A DNA stretch of 64,000 nucleotides. Source: an uncultured Candidatus Saccharibacteria bacterium. Its GTDB lineage: Bacteria > Patescibacteriota > UBA1384 > XYA2-FULL-43-10 > 1-14-0-10-43-13. The notes beneath the pieces are model-generated. The model was not told the DNA's origin. It saw nothing but the letters and a program-made list of their open reading frames with translations, and searched no databases. The translations under genes were made by a program, and so were the position numbers. The stretch spans positions 7,706 through 71,705 of the forward strand of contig CAYOQP010000001.1 of NCBI GenBank assembly GCA_964406145.1, given 5' to 3'. This document shows positions 9,351 to 18,632 of this stretch, piece by piece; position 1 is the stretch's first letter; each line of letters opens with the position of its first letter.

Positions 9351-10595
9351 CTAGTTTTTGAAAATTCCCTTTCGATGCAATGTTCTATAATATGCGATGG
9401 CGAATCGGTGAGATTCATCACGGGCCGAGATGGCAATATCTTTGAGAGATTTTGTATGATTGAAATATTCAGCAATCTTTAAATCTCCGTAATGAAAATC
9501 ATTTTTTGATCTATCTGGTCCTTTGGAAATGGAAATAACTGGAATCGATATTTTTTTTGAATCAAGTACTTTTTTAGCGACATTGAGATGATTGACCCCT
9601 CCATCGATTATAATAAGATCAGGAAAGGGCCAATCATTGTCAAATCTCCTCATCAAAACTTCTTCCAGACGCTCGAGATCACTTTTCTGTTCGCCTTTGA
9701 TCTTAAATTTTCGATACTCATCGACGGATTTTTTGCCATCTTCAAAGACGATCATAGAGCCGACAGAGTATTTATCGCCAATATTTGAAATGTCATAACA
9801 TTCTATCCGCTTAAATGTATCTTCGTGTTTTTCGACAAAATCGTCTCTTAGACCTATCGCCACATCTGAGAGATGTTTCAAAGCCATCAATTGATTGCGG
9901 ATATTCGCCGCCATCTCAAAATTGCGATTTTTACTATAGTTCAACATCTCCTTTTCTAGAGACTTCATTACTTCGCCCTTGCGGCCCTTAAGGAAATTTT
10001 TGAGATATTTAATGTTTCTATTATATTCTGCCTTATTAACATAGCCGACACACGGGCTTGTACAGACCCTTATGTCGCCATAGATACAAGAGCGATTTTT
10101 CTTTTTATAGCTATTGAATTTTGTCTTGGCGCAATCTCTATAAGGAAAAACTTTACGCAAAAAACTCAATGATTTCTTAAGTAATTCTCCAGCTGGGTAT
10201 GGACCAAAATAAAAAGCATTTTTATCCTTCAAATCGACATTTTTAAATCGCTCAAGAGAGATGATCGGGAAATCTTCCTTCGAGATCTTGATCATCAGGA
10301 ATGATTTGTCATCTTTGAGACGAACATTGTACTTGGGTTTTAATTTTTTAATCTGCTCGGCCTCGAGAATCACTGCCTCAATCTCTGACTCTGTCTCGAT
10401 CCACTCAATATCAGTGGCCAACCGGACCATTTGCTCAATGGCTGGACCGCGTCCGAGATCACGCGGCACAAAATATTGCTTCAATCTGTTCTTGAGATTC
10501 TTGGCTTTGCCAATATACAAAATCGCACCTTTTTCATTGAGAAAGCGATAAACACCAGGAACAGCGGGTATAATTTTAGATTGCAATATATTCAT
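9351..10595 (-). CDS. uvrC: Excinuclease ABC subunit C, short form (GIY-YIG, UVR and RNaseH-like domains; no C-terminal HhH)
   Basis: PGVY...LYIGKAKNL, PKYN, IECYDISN, PDLIIIDGG, RDESHRFA. Confidence 0.92.
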   Translation of the reverse strand: MNILQSKIIPAVPGVYRFLNEKGAILYIGKAKNLKNRLKQYFVPRDLGRGPAIEQMVRLATDIEWIETESEIEAVILEAEQIKKLKPKYNVRLKDDKSFLMIKISKEDFPIISLERFKNVDLKDKNAFYFGPYPAGELLKKSLSFLRKVFPYRDCAKTKFNSYKKKNRSCIYGDIRVCTSPCVGYVNKAEYNRNIKYLKNFLKGRKGEVMKSLEKEMLNYSKNRNFEMAANIRNQLMALKHLSDVAIGLRDDFVEKHEDTFKRIECYDISNIGDKYSVGSMIVFEDGKKSVDEYRKFKIKGEQKSDLERLEEVLMRRFDNDWPFPDLIIIDGGVNHLNVAKKVLDSKKISIPVISISKGPDRSKNDFHYGDLKIAEYFNHTKSLKDIAISARDESHRFAIAYYRTLHRKGIFKN

Positions 10596-10613
10596 ATTTA
10601 CTATTATACAGTA

Positions 10614-10646
10614 TCGGGGAACAGAGACATGATCTTTGTTCCCCGA
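10614..10646. terminator. 14-bp inverted-repeat hairpin after the orphan gene
   Basis: TCGGGGAACAGAGA-catga-TCTTTGTTCCCCGA; no clear U-tract. Confidence 0.5.
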
Positions 10647-10649
10647 AGG

Positions 10650-11204
10650 TTAGCGCCGGATTTTGGAATAGCGTTTCCTCTCGGCAAAGCGAGACTCGCC
10701 GATTCCGGTATCCGAGCGCAAGAAGTCGCCCATGACTCCAACGGATACCCCGAACATCTCACGCAGAACGTAGTAACTCGTGACCATGCCCTCGCCACGT
10801 CTCAGCTGCTCCATTTCGACAAGCACATAGTCGCGTAGCCTTTCGAGCTGATCCATGGGATACTTTTCCCAGCCTCTGGCGCGGAGCGGACCAGAGCGAG
10901 AAGTACCTTTGGGTTTAGCAGGCCCAGGCCGCGATGTCGGTTTCATCGGTTTGCCGGATCGAACTGCTGGCACATCATGCGGAAGGCCAGTGAGGCGCCT
11001 CCATTCCGGTTTCTCCGATTCTCTCAGTCGGGCCTCTAGTAGTCGAGCGACAAAAGCCGCATCCATGGCAAACTGTCTTGCCAGATCTTCGCATCCCGGT
11101 ATATACCGTCCAACTTTGATGCGTCGACGTACGAACTGCATCAAAGAATGACAAGCCTTGTCAGGATACTGCGAAAAGTCGGCGGATGTGTCTGTAGTAG
11201 TCAT
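10650..11204 (-). CDS. GC-rich hypothetical protein, possibly two HTH-like repeats
   Basis: 184-aa ORF with GGAGGA SD and its own promoter (TTGAAA-N17-TATAGT with TG extension). Confidence 0.6.
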   Translation of the reverse strand: MTTTDTSADFSQYPDKACHSLMQFVRRRIKVGRYIPGCEDLARQFAMDAAFVARLLEARLRESEKPEWRRLTGLPHDVPAVRSGKPMKPTSRPGPAKPKGTSRSGPLRARGWEKYPMDQLERLRDYVLVEMEQLRRGEGMVTSYYVLREMFGVSVGVMGDFLRSDTGIGESRFAERKRYSKIRR

Positions 11205-11272
11205 TCTTCGACATTCCTCCTCAAGATTTGTATTTGCACTATACCATGTTTTCTATTTTTTTCAAGGAGTTG

Positions 11273-11301
11273 TTGACTCTAATTAGTCTTTCTGGTAGTA
11301 T
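11273..11301 (+). promoter_or_regulatory. Sigma70-type promoter
   Basis: TTGACT (11273-11278), 17-nt spacer ending TGG, TAGTAT (11296-11301). Confidence 0.6.
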
Positions 11302-11307
11302 ACTTTC

Positions 11308-11373
11308 ATGTTTTTGACACGCAAAAAAAAGCAAGACATCATTAAGTCATTCGGCTACGGGCCAGCTTTTTAG
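11308..11373 (+). CDS. Putative leaderless leader peptide MFLTRKKKQDIIKSFGYGPAF (21 aa)
   Basis: ATG lies 7 nt after the -10 box; its last codons overlap a segment complementary to the downstream terminator's 5' arm. Confidence 0.5.
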   Translation: MFLTRKKKQDIIKSFGYGPAF

Positions 11374-11402
11374 TGCAGTACAAAAACGTGCGCTTGAAGG
11401 AA

Positions 11403-11428
11403 CTGGCCTCCGGGCCAGATTTTTTTTT
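11403..11428 (+). terminator. Intrinsic terminator in a 5' leader (putative attenuator)
   Basis: CTGGCC-tccg-GGCCAG, then A and a run of 9 T; upstream of the 11499 ORF. Confidence 0.7.
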
Positions 11429-11498
11429 GTTTATCCAGGGGAAAATTCCTACATCATTCCCTGTAATAGACAAAATACCTTGAGGAGGTACACACGTC

Positions 11499-11891
11499 AT
11501 GGTCACTGCTCTTTCGAGCCGCAACACCTTGGCGGGCAAAAAACCCGTCAGCATGACACCAGAAGAGTTGATCAGCCTGGTGGCGGAAGCACCGCTCCAG
11601 TGGTCAAGCTCGCACATCGCCGCTGCCACTATCCTCGGCTGTATGCTCGCGGAAGAAGGTGGCTTTGCCGACACGATCAAGCAGACGCCGCAAGCTCTCG
11701 CGAACATCGCCCGCTGTCGGCGCCTTCACCCCGGAGTTCGCGACACCGCCCTCCTGATCCTCACCCAGCACGAAGGAGAAGGGGCCACGGCCCCTGACAA
11801 CCGCTTTGCGCGGGGATTCGAGCGCCGCCAGAAGCTTCGGACCAAGAAGCCCAAGGCCTGCGGCGGGCCAGTTCCCTGCTTCATCCAGTAG
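11499..11891 (+). CDS. GC-rich hypothetical protein (130 aa)
   Basis: Strong GAGGAGG SD upstream, C/G-ending codon bias, strong hairpin downstream. Confidence 0.65.
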   Translation: MVTALSSRNTLAGKKPVSMTPEELISLVAEAPLQWSSSHIAAATILGCMLAEEGGFADTIKQTPQALANIARCRRLHPGVRDTALLILTQHEGEGATAPDNRFARGFERRQKLRTKKPKACGGPVPCFIQ

Positions 11892-11917
11892 TGCGCTTAA
11901 AGCGCCACAAGTTCAGA

Positions 11918-11946
11918 AACGCCTCAGTGCAATGCACTGAGGCGTT
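11918..11946. terminator. Perfect 14-bp inverted repeat between convergent genes
   Basis: AACGCCTCAGTGCA-a-TGCACTGAGGCGTT. Confidence 0.65.
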
Positions 11947-11957
11947 CCCTGTTTAAA

Positions 11958-13166
11958 CTAGATCTTCTCTATTGATACTTTATCAGTAACCAAATCAATT
12001 TTTTCTATGCCACCAGCTTCAAGTGATTTCTTGGAGACAATTATTCTCTCCGGACAGCCAATCAAATCCGCCTCAGCAAATTTTTCTCCAGCCGACATGT
12101 CTCTATCATCATAAAGAACTTCGACGCCATCAGACTTTAACTTCTTATAAATCTTTTCTGCTTCTTCGTTTTGATTTAATGAGATGATCTCGACTTGATA
12201 TGGAGCGACCTCTTTCGGCCAGACCATTCTATTCTTGGTTGCGTCATAATAGACCTCGACAACTGTCGCCATCGAACGAGTGATGCCAATGCCATAACAG
12301 CCCATGATAAATTCTTTCTCATTTCCATCCTTGTCAAGAAATGTTGCCTTCATCGGCTTTGAAAATCGATCCTTAAGCGGGAAAATATTGCCCACCTCAA
12401 TGCCACGATCTGCCTGGATTTTGCCATCACATTTTGGGCATTTATCATTTTCTTTGACCTCTGCGATCTCCTTATTTTGAGCAAAATCACATTTATCACA
12501 ATGATAGATTGTATCTTCACCTACTGCAGTTAAGACCTGAAACTCATGAGAGAATTTCGAGAATATTCCACCAGAAGCCTCAACAAGCTTTGCATCGAGA
12601 CCCAATCTTTTGAAAACATTGAAATAGGCTGGGATCGATTTTTGATAGAATTCTTCATGTTGATCCAGAGTAGCTGAGAAACTGTACATGTCCTTCATGA
12701 TGAATTCTCTACCACGCAAAAGACCGGATTTAACTCTTGGCTCATTTCGAAATTTTGTTTGAATTTGATAAATAGCAAAGGGCAGATCCTTATAGGAAGT
12801 AATATTTTTTCTCACAATATCAGTGACCTCTTCCTCATGAGTTGGAGCAAGATTCATCTCTTTGCCACGACTATCTTTCAGTTTGTAGAAAATATCAATA
12901 GCTGAATTCCAACGGTCGGTCTCTTCCCAGAGCTCTTTTGGCTGAAGAACATTCATAAGAATTTGTTGGCCACCGATTTCATCCATCTCTTCTTTGACTA
13001 TCTTTTCAATCTTTTCGATTACTCTTTGCCCCAAAGGCAAAAGAGCATAGGCTCCAGCCATATGTTTATGAACAAATCCGGCTCTAATTAAATAAGAAGC
13101 ATTAGTTGAATCGGCATCAGCTGGCGTTTCTTTTCTGGTTTTGAAAAATAGCTTCGATAGTTTCAT
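11958..13166 (-). CDS. proS: Proline--tRNA ligase, short form lacking the INS editing domain
   Basis: LAPTHEE, KFRNEPR, GLLRGREFIMKD, IEVGNIF, MGCYGIG. Confidence 0.95.
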   Translation of the reverse strand: MKLSKLFFKTRKETPADADSTNASYLIRAGFVHKHMAGAYALLPLGQRVIEKIEKIVKEEMDEIGGQQILMNVLQPKELWEETDRWNSAIDIFYKLKDSRGKEMNLAPTHEEEVTDIVRKNITSYKDLPFAIYQIQTKFRNEPRVKSGLLRGREFIMKDMYSFSATLDQHEEFYQKSIPAYFNVFKRLGLDAKLVEASGGIFSKFSHEFQVLTAVGEDTIYHCDKCDFAQNKEIAEVKENDKCPKCDGKIQADRGIEVGNIFPLKDRFSKPMKATFLDKDGNEKEFIMGCYGIGITRSMATVVEVYYDATKNRMVWPKEVAPYQVEIISLNQNEEAEKIYKKLKSDGVEVLYDDRDMSAGEKFAEADLIGCPERIIVSKKSLEAGGIEKIDLVTDKVSIEKI

Positions 13167-13179
13167 GATTTTCCTTTTA

Positions 13180-14250
13180 TTATGAAAAAAGTCTCAAAAT
13201 GTCCTTGTAAGTAACGGCCAAAACCAGAAGAATCAATAGAACGAAGCCGATAGTATGAATTATCCCCTCAACATTTTCTTTTACAATACGCTTGCCAAAA
13301 ATTTTTTCAAGAACAATAAATAAAACTCGACCACCATCAAGGGCAGGCAATGGCATGATATTAATTAGCGCCAAATTCAATGAGAGAATTGCAATAAATT
13401 GCAACAGAACAACAAATCCAGCTCTAGCCGCCACACCAGTTAGGTTAAAAATAGCCACCGGACCGCCAACTTGATCTGAAATTGTTCCAGTTGAAAAGAG
13501 TTGTTTGGCAAAATCACCCAAGAAAGAAAAAGTATATTTCAAAACTCTATAAGACTCAATCATGGCAACATAAGGAGCTTTGTACCAAGGAACTCTGATA
13601 ACTGCTTGGTCAATAATTCCTATTCCCATCGGAGCGGATTTATCTTCAGACAAAATGACTGTTTTTTCTATTACATCATTTTGCCTTTGAATTTTTATAG
13701 AAACTTCTTTGCCAAGATTCTCTCCAGTATAAGTAGTTACATCGCTAATTCCGTCGAAAGAAATGTCTCCATGTCCAATCAATTTGTCTCCAATTTGTAT
13801 TCCAGCCCTTTCAGCCGGAGAACCACTCTTGATCTCGGCAATGAAAATTTGTGATTTAATTTTTTGACCAGGTATTTCATCTGATCGACTTGCGATTGGA
13901 GACATGCCAATACTGAAAGCAATGGTCAAGATAAACCAAGCCAGAATAACGTTCATTAAGACACCGGCAACCCCAATAACGAATCGCTTAAATATCGATT
14001 GTCTATTAAAAGAACGAGGATCAGAAGACTGTTCATCTTCACCCAACATTTTGACATAACCGCCAAGAGGAAGAGCTCCGATAGTATATTGAGTCTCATT
14101 TTTCTTAAAAGAAAAAATACGAGGAGGAAAGCCGATAGAAAACTCAAGGACTTTCACACCAGATATTTTTGCTGTTATATAGTGCCCAAATTCATGGACA
14201 AGAACAAGAATACCAAGGACCAAGATGAATGCTACTATTGTAAGAAACAA
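13180..14250 (-). CDS. rseP: RIP metalloprotease RseP (M50 plus PDZ)
   Basis: HEFGH, LGGYVKM, NIMPLPALDGG. Confidence 0.95.
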   Translation of the reverse strand: MFLTIVAFILVLGILVLVHEFGHYITAKISGVKVLEFSIGFPPRIFSFKKNETQYTIGALPLGGYVKMLGEDEQSSDPRSFNRQSIFKRFVIGVAGVLMNVILAWFILTIAFSIGMSPIASRSDEIPGQKIKSQIFIAEIKSGSPAERAGIQIGDKLIGHGDISFDGISDVTTYTGENLGKEVSIKIQRQNDVIEKTVILSEDKSAPMGIGIIDQAVIRVPWYKAPYVAMIESYRVLKYTFSFLGDFAKQLFSTGTISDQVGGPVAIFNLTGVAARAGFVVLLQFIAILSLNLALINIMPLPALDGGRVLFIVLEKIFGKRIVKENVEGIIHTIGFVLLILLVLAVTYKDILRLFS

Positions 14251-14283
14251 TTTCCTCCTAAAAAATAAAAATAATGACTAAAA

Positions 14284-14841
14284 TTAGATCTTCATAACTT
14301 CAGTTTCCTTCTCGGAAACTGTTCGATCAACTTCTTTATTCATTTCATTAATAATTTTATTAAGCTCTTCTTCGGCCCAGCGTCGATCGTCTTCAGTTAC
14401 TTCACTTTTTTTCTCAGCCGTCTGAACTTTATCCCAAGCATCACGTCTAATGTTTCTAATACTAACTTTTGTCTCTTCACCATGTTTTTTAACCTGGGAA
14501 ACAATTTCTTTACGTCTTTCTTCGGTCATCGGCGGCAAGACAAGTCTAATCTGTTGACCGTCATTAATAGGCGCAAGACCAATATCAGAATTTCTGATTG
14601 CTGTCTCAATCGTGTTCAAAACGCTTCTTTCCCATGGTCTAATGACAATTTGACCTGGATCTGGCACGGTCACAGAAGCCAGCTCTTTGATCATTGTATT
14701 AGTGCCATAGTATGAAACTGTCACATTGTCCAAAATACTTGGGTTGGCTCTGCCCGTCCTTAATCTAGATAGTTCGGTTCTTAAGGCTGAAATCGCCGAC
14801 TCCATTTTAGGTTTTACTTCTTTGAGAATTTGTTCAATCAT
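14284..14841 (-). CDS. frr: Ribosome recycling factor
   Basis: LRTGRANP, PPMTEERR, IRNIRRD. Confidence 0.97.
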   Translation of the reverse strand: MIEQILKEVKPKMESAISALRTELSRLRTGRANPSILDNVTVSYYGTNTMIKELASVTVPDPGQIVIRPWERSVLNTIETAIRNSDIGLAPINDGQQIRLVLPPMTEERRKEIVSQVKKHGEETKVSIRNIRRDAWDKVQTAEKKSEVTEDDRRWAEEELNKIINEMNKEVDRTVSEKETEVMKI

Positions 14842-14849
14842 AAAACTCC

Positions 14850-15563
14850 TTAGCTAATAATAGTGCCGATTTTTTGGCCATTTATAACATTTTTGACATT
14901 ATCTTTTTCCATTAGAGCAAAAACAATAATTGGCAATTTGTTTTCCATGCACAAAGTCACAGCGGTGCCATCCATAACTTTTAGATCGCCATTGATAATA
15001 TCCAAATAAGATAGATTTTCATACTTTTTAGTATTCTGATGTTTTTCAGGATCTTTATCATGGACACCGTCAACCTTTGTCGCCTTAAGGACGACTTCAC
15101 AATCAAGTTCGCAAGCCCTAATGGCCGCGGCTGTATCGGTCGAGAAATACGGATGGCCGCTTCCTGCGGCGACAATAACAACGCGACCCTTTTCAAGATG
15201 CCTAATGGCACGGTCTCGAATATATGATTCGCATACTTTTGGCATATCAATTGCAGACTGAACCCTAGCAACAACTCCAATTTCATTAAGAGCACTACCT
15301 AAAGCAAGAGAATTCATGACTGTAGCCAACATTCCGATGTAATCACCTGTCGTCCTATCCATTCCATTATGTTCCGCTCTGGCTCCTCTGAAAATATTGC
15401 CGCCGCCAAAAACTATCACAACTTCAGTTCCATCTTTGACTACTTTTTCAATCTCTTTAGCAATAAAAGAACACGCCTCTGGATCAATTCCATAGGTTCG
15501 CTTGCCGAGAAGTGCTTCCCCGGAAAGCTTTAGGAGTATTCTTTTATATTTCTTGTCTGCCAT
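14850..15563 (-). CDS. pyrH: UMP kinase
   Basis: LLKLSGEAL, GGGNIFRG, FSTDTAAA. Confidence 0.97.
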   Translation of the reverse strand: MADKKYKRILLKLSGEALLGKRTYGIDPEACSFIAKEIEKVVKDGTEVVIVFGGGNIFRGARAEHNGMDRTTGDYIGMLATVMNSLALGSALNEIGVVARVQSAIDMPKVCESYIRDRAIRHLEKGRVVIVAAGSGHPYFSTDTAAAIRACELDCEVVLKATKVDGVHDKDPEKHQNTKKYENLSYLDIINGDLKVMDGTAVTLCMENKLPIIVFALMEKDNVKNVINGQKIGTIIS

Positions 15564-15583
15564 ACTAATAAAATGATAGCAGA

Positions 15584-16180
15584 TTAAGCTCCGATTTCAA
15601 AACGAGAAAAACGAGAAATAGTTATCTTTTCACCAATTTTGGCGATTTTTTCATTCAATAGATCATTTATTGTTTTAGTAGAATCCTTAACAAATGGCTG
15701 AGACATTAAACACATTTCTTCAACATATTTGTCAATTTTGCCTTGTACGATTTTCTCGACGATATTTTCTGGTTTACCGCTGGCTTTGACCTCCTCGACA
15801 AAGTAAACCTTTTCCTTCTCGATGTCTTCAGCTGGGACTTGATCAGAACTTAGGTATTTTGGATTCATTGCAGCAATATGCAAAGCAACATCATGAGCAA
15901 ATTCTTTAAACTCGTCATTCTTGGCCACAAAATCAGTTTCAGCAAGGACTTCAACAATGACACCGATTTTGCCATTTGCATGGACATAGGACTCGATAAT
16001 ACCCTCTTTGGCTTCTCTTTCTGATCTCTTGGCCGCCTTCAAAGCACCCTGTTTCTTCAAGATTTCCATTGCCTTAGTTTCATCGCCATCAGCCTCGACA
16101 AGTGCTTTTTTGCACTCCATCATGCCGATACCGGTCTTAGCTCTTAGTTCTGCAATCTGCTTAGCCGTAATATTTGCCAT
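15584..16180 (-). CDS. tsf: Elongation factor Ts, short form
   Basis: GMMECKKAL, ETDFVA. Confidence 0.97.
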   Translation of the reverse strand: MANITAKQIAELRAKTGIGMMECKKALVEADGDETKAMEILKKQGALKAAKRSEREAKEGIIESYVHANGKIGVIVEVLAETDFVAKNDEFKEFAHDVALHIAAMNPKYLSSDQVPAEDIEKEKVYFVEEVKASGKPENIVEKIVQGKIDKYVEEMCLMSQPFVKDSTKTINDLLNEKIAKIGEKITISRFSRFEIGA

Positions 16181-16201
16181 ATCTCTCCTTTTTTCTAAAA
16201 T

Positions 16202-16915
16202 TTATTTTTCTTTAGATGCATCAACTTTTGCGCTTTTCTTTCTGGCTTCCGAAATTGTCTGAGCAAAAAGTTGAGCGAAAAGCTTAACCGATTTTGTTGC
16301 GTCATCATTTGCGGGGATCGGGTAGTCAATTATTGTTGGATCAGCATTAGTGTCGACTGTCGCAACAATTGAAATGCCAACTCTTTTAGCTTCCTTAACA
16401 GCAATTTTTTCATCATATGAACCAAAAAGAAGTAAGGCGTCTGGCTTTCGATCAAGATTAATGAGCCCGCCTAAATATTTTTCGCCTCTGCCAACTTCTT
16501 TTCTGATTTTTGAAAGTTCACTCTTGGTTAAAACTGTATTCTCGTTTTCAAGCTCTTCTTTTTGTTTCTTGAGCTTCTTGGCGGCACTTCTAATAGCATC
16601 GAAGTTAGTCAATGTTCCACCAAGCCAACGAGTATTAACGTATGGCATACCGCAAGAAATTGCCGCATCTTTGATGATTTCTCCGGACTGTTTCTTTGTC
16701 CCGACGAAAACAAACATCTTGCCGGCTTCGGCTTCTTTTTTGATAAAATCGACAGCCTTTTTTAATTCTTCCTGAGTCTTCTCAAGATTAATAACATGAA
16801 CACCGGACTTAGCCGTAAAGATATAAGGAGCCATTTTTGGAGACCAACGTGAAGTCTTGTGACCAAAATGAACACCAGCATCTAACATTTCTCGAAGCGA
16901 AGGTAACTCTACCAT
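16202..16915 (-). CDS. rpsB: 30S ribosomal protein S2
   Basis: AGVHFGH, RWLGGTLTN, PANDD. Confidence 0.98.
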   Translation of the reverse strand: MVELPSLREMLDAGVHFGHKTSRWSPKMAPYIFTAKSGVHVINLEKTQEELKKAVDFIKKEAEAGKMFVFVGTKKQSGEIIKDAAISCGMPYVNTRWLGGTLTNFDAIRSAAKKLKKQKEELENENTVLTKSELSKIRKEVGRGEKYLGGLINLDRKPDALLLFGSYDEKIAVKEAKRVGISIVATVDTNADPTIIDYPIPANDDATKSVKLFAQLFAQTISEARKKSAKVDASKEK

Positions 16916-17059
16916 AAAAAAACCTTTCTTAATTTCTCTTTAGATATTTATTAGCAATTTGGTTTCTTTTTTCTTCCGCTCAACATGTCGCAATGGACAG
17001 AAACCTGAGATGAGCGTGATTCCCCGAGATAACTCGTGGGTTTATTTCATTACGGGATT

Positions 17060-17103
17060 GATAGTAACATAATGTTGACTTAAATGCAATGCTATGGTAA
17101 GAT
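17060..17103. promoter_or_regulatory. Overlapping divergent sigma70 promoters for rpsB (-) and rpmE (+)
   Basis: Plus strand TTGACT-N17-TAAGAT with TGG extension; minus strand TTGCAT-N17-TACTAT with TG extension. Confidence 0.6.
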
Positions 17104-17112
17104 CCTTTAAGT

Positions 17113-17388
17113 ATGAAAGAGAACATTCACCCAAAATACAACAAAGAAGTTATCGCCACTTGTGCTTGTGGCGCTAAATTTGCGACTGGTTCAACTCGTG
17201 AAGAGATTAAGGTTGAAATTTGTTCAGCCTGCCATCCTTTCTTCACCGGCAAACAGAAACTCGTTGACACTGCCGGCCGAGTCGATAAATTCAAAGCCAA
17301 GATGGAGGCTTCCAAGAAAATGCAGGAAGCAAACGCCAAAAAGGCCGCTCTTAAACCAGCCAAAAAAGAGAACAAAGAAGAGAAATAA
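17113..17388 (+). CDS. rpmE: 50S ribosomal protein L31, Zn-binding type
   Basis: [29 protein letters not shown]. Confidence 0.97.
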   Translation: MKENIHPKYNKEVIATCACGAKFATGSTREEIKVEICSACHPFFTGKQKLVDTAGRVDKFKAKMEASKKMQEANAKKAALKPAKKENKEEK

Positions 17389-17401
17389 CGCTTCCTATAT
17401 T

Positions 17402-17447
17402 AAAATCGGCCCAGACTAGATATAATTCTAGTAAGCCGATTTTTTTG
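17402..17447 (+). terminator. Terminator after rpmE
   Basis: AAAATCGGC...ACTAGA-tataat-TCTAGT...GCCGATTTTTT. Confidence 0.65.
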
Positions 17448-17472
17448 ATAATAAACAACTAGTTACGAGTGA

Positions 17473-17549
17473 GGGTTTTGCTTTTGTGAGTGCCGGTCTC
17501 GCGATTAGCGAGTAGGATGGCTAGGGTGGCTGGAACAAAAGCAAAACCC
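17473..17549. repeat. 15-bp perfect inverted repeat enclosing a GC-richer core, upstream of prfA
   Basis: GGGTTTTGCTTTTGT (17473-17487) and ACAAAAGCAAAACCC (17535-17549). Confidence 0.7.
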
Positions 17550-17558
17550 GAATGAGAG

Positions 17559-18632
17559 ATGAACACAGAAAAATTACAATCAATTTTAAGTCGCTACGAA
17601 GATCTAGAAAAAAGTTTGCATGATCCGGTCATCGCACAGAATCAAACTGAGATCACCAAAGTAGCTAAAGAAAAATCAGAGCTCGAAGAGCTTGCAAATC
17701 TAATCAAGCAATATTTTGATATTCAAAAAAATATTGCCGACAATAAGGAAATTATCAACGGAAATGACGACCAAGATTTGAAAAATCTCGCTCAGGAAGA
17801 ACTTTCTGGACTTGAGAAGGAAGAGCTAAGATTAACCAAAGAGCTTGAGGTTGCTCTCCTGCCCAAGGATCAAAATGACGAAAAAAACGTTATTATTGAG
17901 ATTAGACCAGGAGCAGGTGGCGACGAATCAGAACTTTTCGCCGGAGAAATATTAAGAATGTATAATCGTTTTGCTGAAAGACGCAACTGGAAGATAAATA
18001 CTCTTGAAATTCAAGCTACCGGCATCGGTGGAGTAAAATATGCTGCTTTTGAAATATGTGGCGACAAAGTTTATTCTAAGATGAAATATGAAAGCGGAGT
18101 TCATAGAGTCCAGAGAATCCCCGAAACAGAGAAACAGGGTCGCGTCCACACCTCAACAGTCACTGTCGCCGTCATGCCTGAGGCAGAGGAAGCAGACGTC
18201 GAAATCAGACCAGAAGACCTAAGGCTCGACACCTTTTGCGCTGGCGGACACGGTGGACAATCAGTTAACACTACTTATTCGGCTGTCAGAATCACCCACT
18301 TGCCTACCGGCACAGTCGTAACTTGTCAAGATGAAAGAAGCCAGTTGAAAAACAAAGAGAAAGCAATGGGCATCTTGAGATCTAGAATCTTAGCCGTCAG
18401 AGAAGAACAAGCCATGAAAGAGCGTCGCGACCTTCGTTCATCTCAGATCGGAACAGGGGACCGTTCAGAAAAAATTAGAACGTATAATTTTCCTCAAGAC
18501 AGGGTCACTGATCACAGAATAAATCAGTCGTGGCATTCAATTTATAATATTATGGATGGCGATATTGAATCAATGATGACAGCCCTCATGACAGAGGATC
18601 AATCTCGCAAACTTGCCGCTTCCAATCTCTAA
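17559..18632 (+). CDS. prfA: Peptide chain release factor 1
   Basis: [11 protein letters not shown] (PxT motif), [14 protein letters not shown]. Confidence 0.98.
   Translation: MNTEKLQSILSRYEDLEKSLHDPVIAQNQTEITKVAKEKSELEELANLIKQYFDIQKNIADNKEIINGNDDQDLKNLAQEELSGLEKEELRLTKELEVALLPKDQNDEKNVIIEIRPGAGGDESELFAGEILRMYNRFAERRNWKINTLEIQATGIGGVKYAAFEICGDKVYSKMKYESGVHRVQRIPETEKQGRVHTSTVTVAVMPEAEEADVEIRPEDLRLDTFCAGGHGGQSVNTTYSAVRITHLPTGTVVTCQDERSQLKNKEKAMGILRSRILAVREEQAMKERRDLRSSQIGTGDRSEKIRTYNFPQDRVTDHRINQSWHSIYNIMDGDIESMMTALMTEDQSRKLAASNL

Noticed and set aside
11342-11797. Alternative ORFs 11342..11707(-) and 11480..11797(+)
   Set aside because: The 11499 frame has the SD and the codon bias; the others are GC-rich shadows
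10600-11950. Integron-cassette interpretation of the GC-rich orphans
   Set aside because: Flanking hairpins lack RYYYAAC...GTTRRRY attC boxes, genes are divergent with their own promoters, and no integrase is present
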